DNA of 64,000 nucleotides from a bacterium (GTDB lineage Bacteria; Verrucomicrobiota; Verrucomicrobiia; Chthoniobacterales; UBA6821): NCBI GenBank assembly GCA_021849805.1, contig JAJZSL010000003.1, positions 103,229 to 167,228 of the forward strand, read 5' to 3'. Shown piece by piece: positions 61,691 to 64,000 of this stretch (position 1 is its first letter; each line of letters starts with the position of its first letter). The notes under the pieces were generated by a model. It saw only the letters and a program-made list of their open reading frames with translations, ran no database searches and was not told where the DNA came from. The position numbers and the translations under genes were made by a program.

Positions 61691-61751
61691 CCTCCTGCTC
61701 GAGGAATCGAGCACCCAAGTGACGCCTCAATGCAGGGCTACAACTTTAGTG
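61691..61751 (-). mobile_element. MITE-like repeat fragment, copy 4 (inverted orientation)
   Basis: The reverse complement cactaaagttgtagccctgcattgaggcgtcacttgggtg...attcctcgagcagg aligns with 37529-37600 of copy 2 (cactaacgttgtagccctgcactgcggtgttacttcggtg...attcctgcatccgcagg). Confidence 0.65.
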
Positions 61752-61760
61752 AAAATACTA

Positions 61761-63371
61761 TTAAAGAGACATTGCTCTTTGAGCGGGAGGAGTCTTAAAA
61801 GGAAGAGCACAGATGATTGTTACCATGCTTCCCATGAAAACGTACCAAGGCCAAGCAATCTCAGGCCACCATGATGGCATAAAGTGACCAAAGTTTATTA
61901 TTCCTGGGAGTTCAACTTTTCCCAAGAAAAGAACGCTCGTCATTCCAAGGAACATGGCAATAACGTTTGTTTTATCGTGGCCTCGCGTGGTGGTAAGCAT
62001 GCCAAGAAGAAAAATGCCAAGGAGTCCACCATAGGTATACCCTAAGATACCAATAGCAATCGGAATAATGGTGAGACTTGGATTCAGGAGTACAGAATAG
62101 GCAGCCATGGTTCCAACACCAATCATCAAAATACCAAAGAAGAAGGTTGCTCTACGAGCAGCGGCAATAGAATCCTTATCAGTAGCTTTTGGCTTAAGAT
62201 AAGGGAGATAAAAATCGGTAGTGAAGCTTGTTGCTAGTGCATTGAGAGCTGCAGAGGTTGATCCCATCATCGTTGCTAGAACACCAGCAATGATAAGTCC
62301 TCGTACTCCCACAGGCATGCTATGAACAATAAAATAAGCAAAAATCTCATTATCGGGAATAGAAGGTTTGCCTACTCGGGAATAGTAAACAAAAAGAAGA
62401 ATTCCAACACTAAGAAAAGCTAGTGCTAATGGTATATCAGCAAAACCACTGAGAATAAGTGACAATCTTGACTTCTGAACATTCTTAGCGGTAAGGAGGC
62501 GTTGGACCATATCTTGATCAGTGCCGTGCGTTGCCAAGGTTAAAAATGTTGATCCAATAAAAGCAGCCCAAAGAGTATATGGTTCTGCAAGCATTTTAGA
62601 AAGAGCTGCTCCAAAGGGAATTTGAGTATCCCAATCACTTTGAATCCATTTTAAGTTTTCCCAACTCCCAAAGGTTTCTCTAATGGAGTGGAGACCTCCA
62701 AGACGATGAAGGAGAATCCAAATGGCTAAAACAATGGAGCCAATCATCAGTGAAGCTTGGATAAAATCCGTCCAAACAACGGCTTTAATACCACCTATCA
62801 TTGTATAGATCGTGGTTATGAGTGTGATGAAGCAGATTCCCCAAAAATAGTGAAGAAGTGTTACTGATTCTCCTGGATAAAAGTAGTGCCAGAGCACTAC
62901 AAGAATGAGACCGCCTAAGTAGAGTCGGACTCCAATACCCAGTACACGAGTAAAAAGAAAAATGGCACTGGCACTGTTTTTAGTAGCCACTCCAAAGCGG
63001 ATTGTTAAAAATTCATAAATGCTCTTCACTTTATAACGGTAATAAGGAGCAAGAAATGTATATGCAATAATGATTCGTGCTAGGACCGTTCCAATAGCAA
63101 GTTGTGCATAGAAGAAAGCATGTGTTTTATATCCTTCCGCTGGAGTTCCAAGAAAAGTGGCTGCACTTGTTTCAGCAGCAATAATAGAAGCAAGAACGGC
63201 CCACCAAGGAATCGAATGAGATCCGAGAGAAAATTCTTCGAGCGTTTTGTTTTCACGGCCAGCATAGAGACCAATGCCAATAATAATTAAAAAGTAGAGA
63301 AGAACAACTAGAGCATCAAGAGCAATAGCCAGTTTGGAAGAAGGAAGAAGAGTGGCGAGGAGAGGGAACAT
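61761..63371 (-). CDS. Sodium:solute symporter family (SSF) transporter
   Basis: 536 aa with about 13-14 TM segments. The GGIKAVVWTDFIQ motif is typical of SSF proteins. Confidence 0.8.
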   Translation of the reverse strand: MFPLLATLLPSSKLAIALDALVVLLYFLIIIGIGLYAGRENKTLEEFSLGSHSIPWWAVLASIIAAETSAATFLGTPAEGYKTHAFFYAQLAIGTVLARIIIAYTFLAPYYRYKVKSIYEFLTIRFGVATKNSASAIFLFTRVLGIGVRLYLGGLILVVLWHYFYPGESVTLLHYFWGICFITLITTIYTMIGGIKAVVWTDFIQASLMIGSIVLAIWILLHRLGGLHSIRETFGSWENLKWIQSDWDTQIPFGAALSKMLAEPYTLWAAFIGSTFLTLATHGTDQDMVQRLLTAKNVQKSRLSLILSGFADIPLALAFLSVGILLFVYYSRVGKPSIPDNEIFAYFIVHSMPVGVRGLIIAGVLATMMGSTSAALNALATSFTTDFYLPYLKPKATDKDSIAAARRATFFFGILMIGVGTMAAYSVLLNPSLTIIPIAIGILGYTYGGLLGIFLLGMLTTTRGHDKTNVIAMFLGMTSVLFLGKVELPGIINFGHFMPSWWPEIAWPWYVFMGSMVTIICALPFKTPPAQRAMSL

Positions 63372-63471
63372 GAGAAGAAGAGCTAGAAAGTTAGCAACAA
63401 GGTTGAGTCATTCATGAAGTATGAGAGGGTAAAAATAAGAAGTTTCGGCTTAAAGAACTTAATGAAAACTT

Positions 63472-63830
63472 CCCTCTTGTCCAAAATAAAATAGGAGGAC
63501 CTTTCCTCTTACGTCCTTGATGAAGCACTTTCAGAAATCGTCATTCCCGCGAACGCAGAAATCCAGAAGACTTTCTGGATAAGTACTAGAAGCTCTTTTA
63601 GAAAAATTCTCAAAAAGGTTTTTCTTAAAAAATCCGCATATTTTCTCGCTTTGAGTTTCTCAACTTTTTTCAAAAAAAGGAAATATTTTGCTCTTGTTCT
63701 TATAAAATCATTAACACTACAGCAATGTTCTCCTGGATTCCTGCGTTCTCAGGAATGACGCCAATAGAGATGGGAGGAAGCTTCTAGAGGAGGCCCCTTC
63801 TATTGATCATTTTTATTTTGGAGAGTAGCG
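63472..63830 (+). mobile_element. MITE-like repeat, copy 5 (longest form, ~359 bp) flanked by a perfect 9-bp direct repeat
   Basis: Left end ccctcttgtccaaaataaaat; right end atttttattttggagagtagcg. Flanking TGAAAACTT at 63463-63471 and 63831-63839. It contains both internal modules, with hairpins at 63543-63562 and 63737-63756. Confidence 0.8.
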
Positions 63831-63937
63831 TGAAAACTTAAGAAGTTGCTCAACGCTATTTCTGAAATTAAGAGCACTTATCGTTTCAACGATTCCCTAT
63901 TTTCTCTCAGGCAGGAATCACCATTCCTTCTCTTGGA

Positions 63938-64000
63938 CTAGAGCATTGTTTGTTTCATCACTTCTTCTAGTGTTGTCAAGCCTGCAAAAACTTTTTTCAA
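63938..64000 (-). CDS. 3' end of a CDS running into the window edge (possibly a GspE/PilB-type secretion ATPase)
   Basis: The reverse strand reads ...LKKVFAGLTTLEEVMKQTML*. A G.TTLEEV tail is common at the C-terminus of type II/IV secretion ATPases, but only 20 codons are visible. Confidence 0.3.
   Translation of the reverse strand: MKKVFAGLTTLEEVMKQTML

Noticed and set aside
29650-63830. Possibility that the recurring catttttattttggagagtag / attcc-N8-ggaat sequences form a CRISPR array.
   Set aside because: The copies are kilobases apart and sit in different intergenic regions. They are 160-360 bp long with terminal inverted repeats. There is no regular repeat-spacer periodicity and no cas genes in the window.

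Overview
This 64-kb chromosomal window has low to moderate GC and is almost fully coding. Gene content and order fit a PVC-superphylum bacterium, most plausibly an environmental member of the Chlamydiae; this assignment is inferred from synteny and is not proven. The supporting features are:
- a fused str-S10-spc ribosomal cluster (rpsL-rpsG-fusA-rpsJ ... rplO-secY) with no rpsN and no rpmD
- mreB-mreC-mreD-PBP2-rng
- an H+-pyrophosphatase
- ExbB/TolQ-ExbD-TonB-like genes
- a class I type III secretion chaperone

Most of the window is housekeeping: lnt, hppA, trxB, accBC, gatB, tadA, panD, purD, ribH-nusB, ftsY, bioB, gmhA, proS, tRNA-Thr, brnQ and a GuaB3-like IMPDH.

Four things stand out:
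1. A chaperone-effector operon (6683-9768). The 845-aa product carries the CK[ST]GKDRT CX5R signature of SopB/IpgD-type phosphoinositide 4-phosphatases.
2. A 621-aa protein (53486-55351, minus strand) with four ordered motifs of eukaryotic type II PI 4-kinases (FKPxxExP, G[ST]FQL, DRxxxN, IDNxxxFP). Together with item 1 it suggests a bacterially encoded kinase/phosphatase toolkit acting on the 4-position of host phosphoinositides.
3. A MITE-like dispersed repeat family with 5 copies or fragments, about 20-bp terminal inverted repeats, a 9-bp target duplication at the full-length copy, and internal ATTCCy-N8-rGGAAT hairpins. One copy splits exbB from exbD and one sits next to tRNA-Thr.
4. A small hicB-hicA-type toxin-antitoxin cassette behind a T15 tract.

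No rRNA, CRISPR array, prophage or transposase gene was seen.
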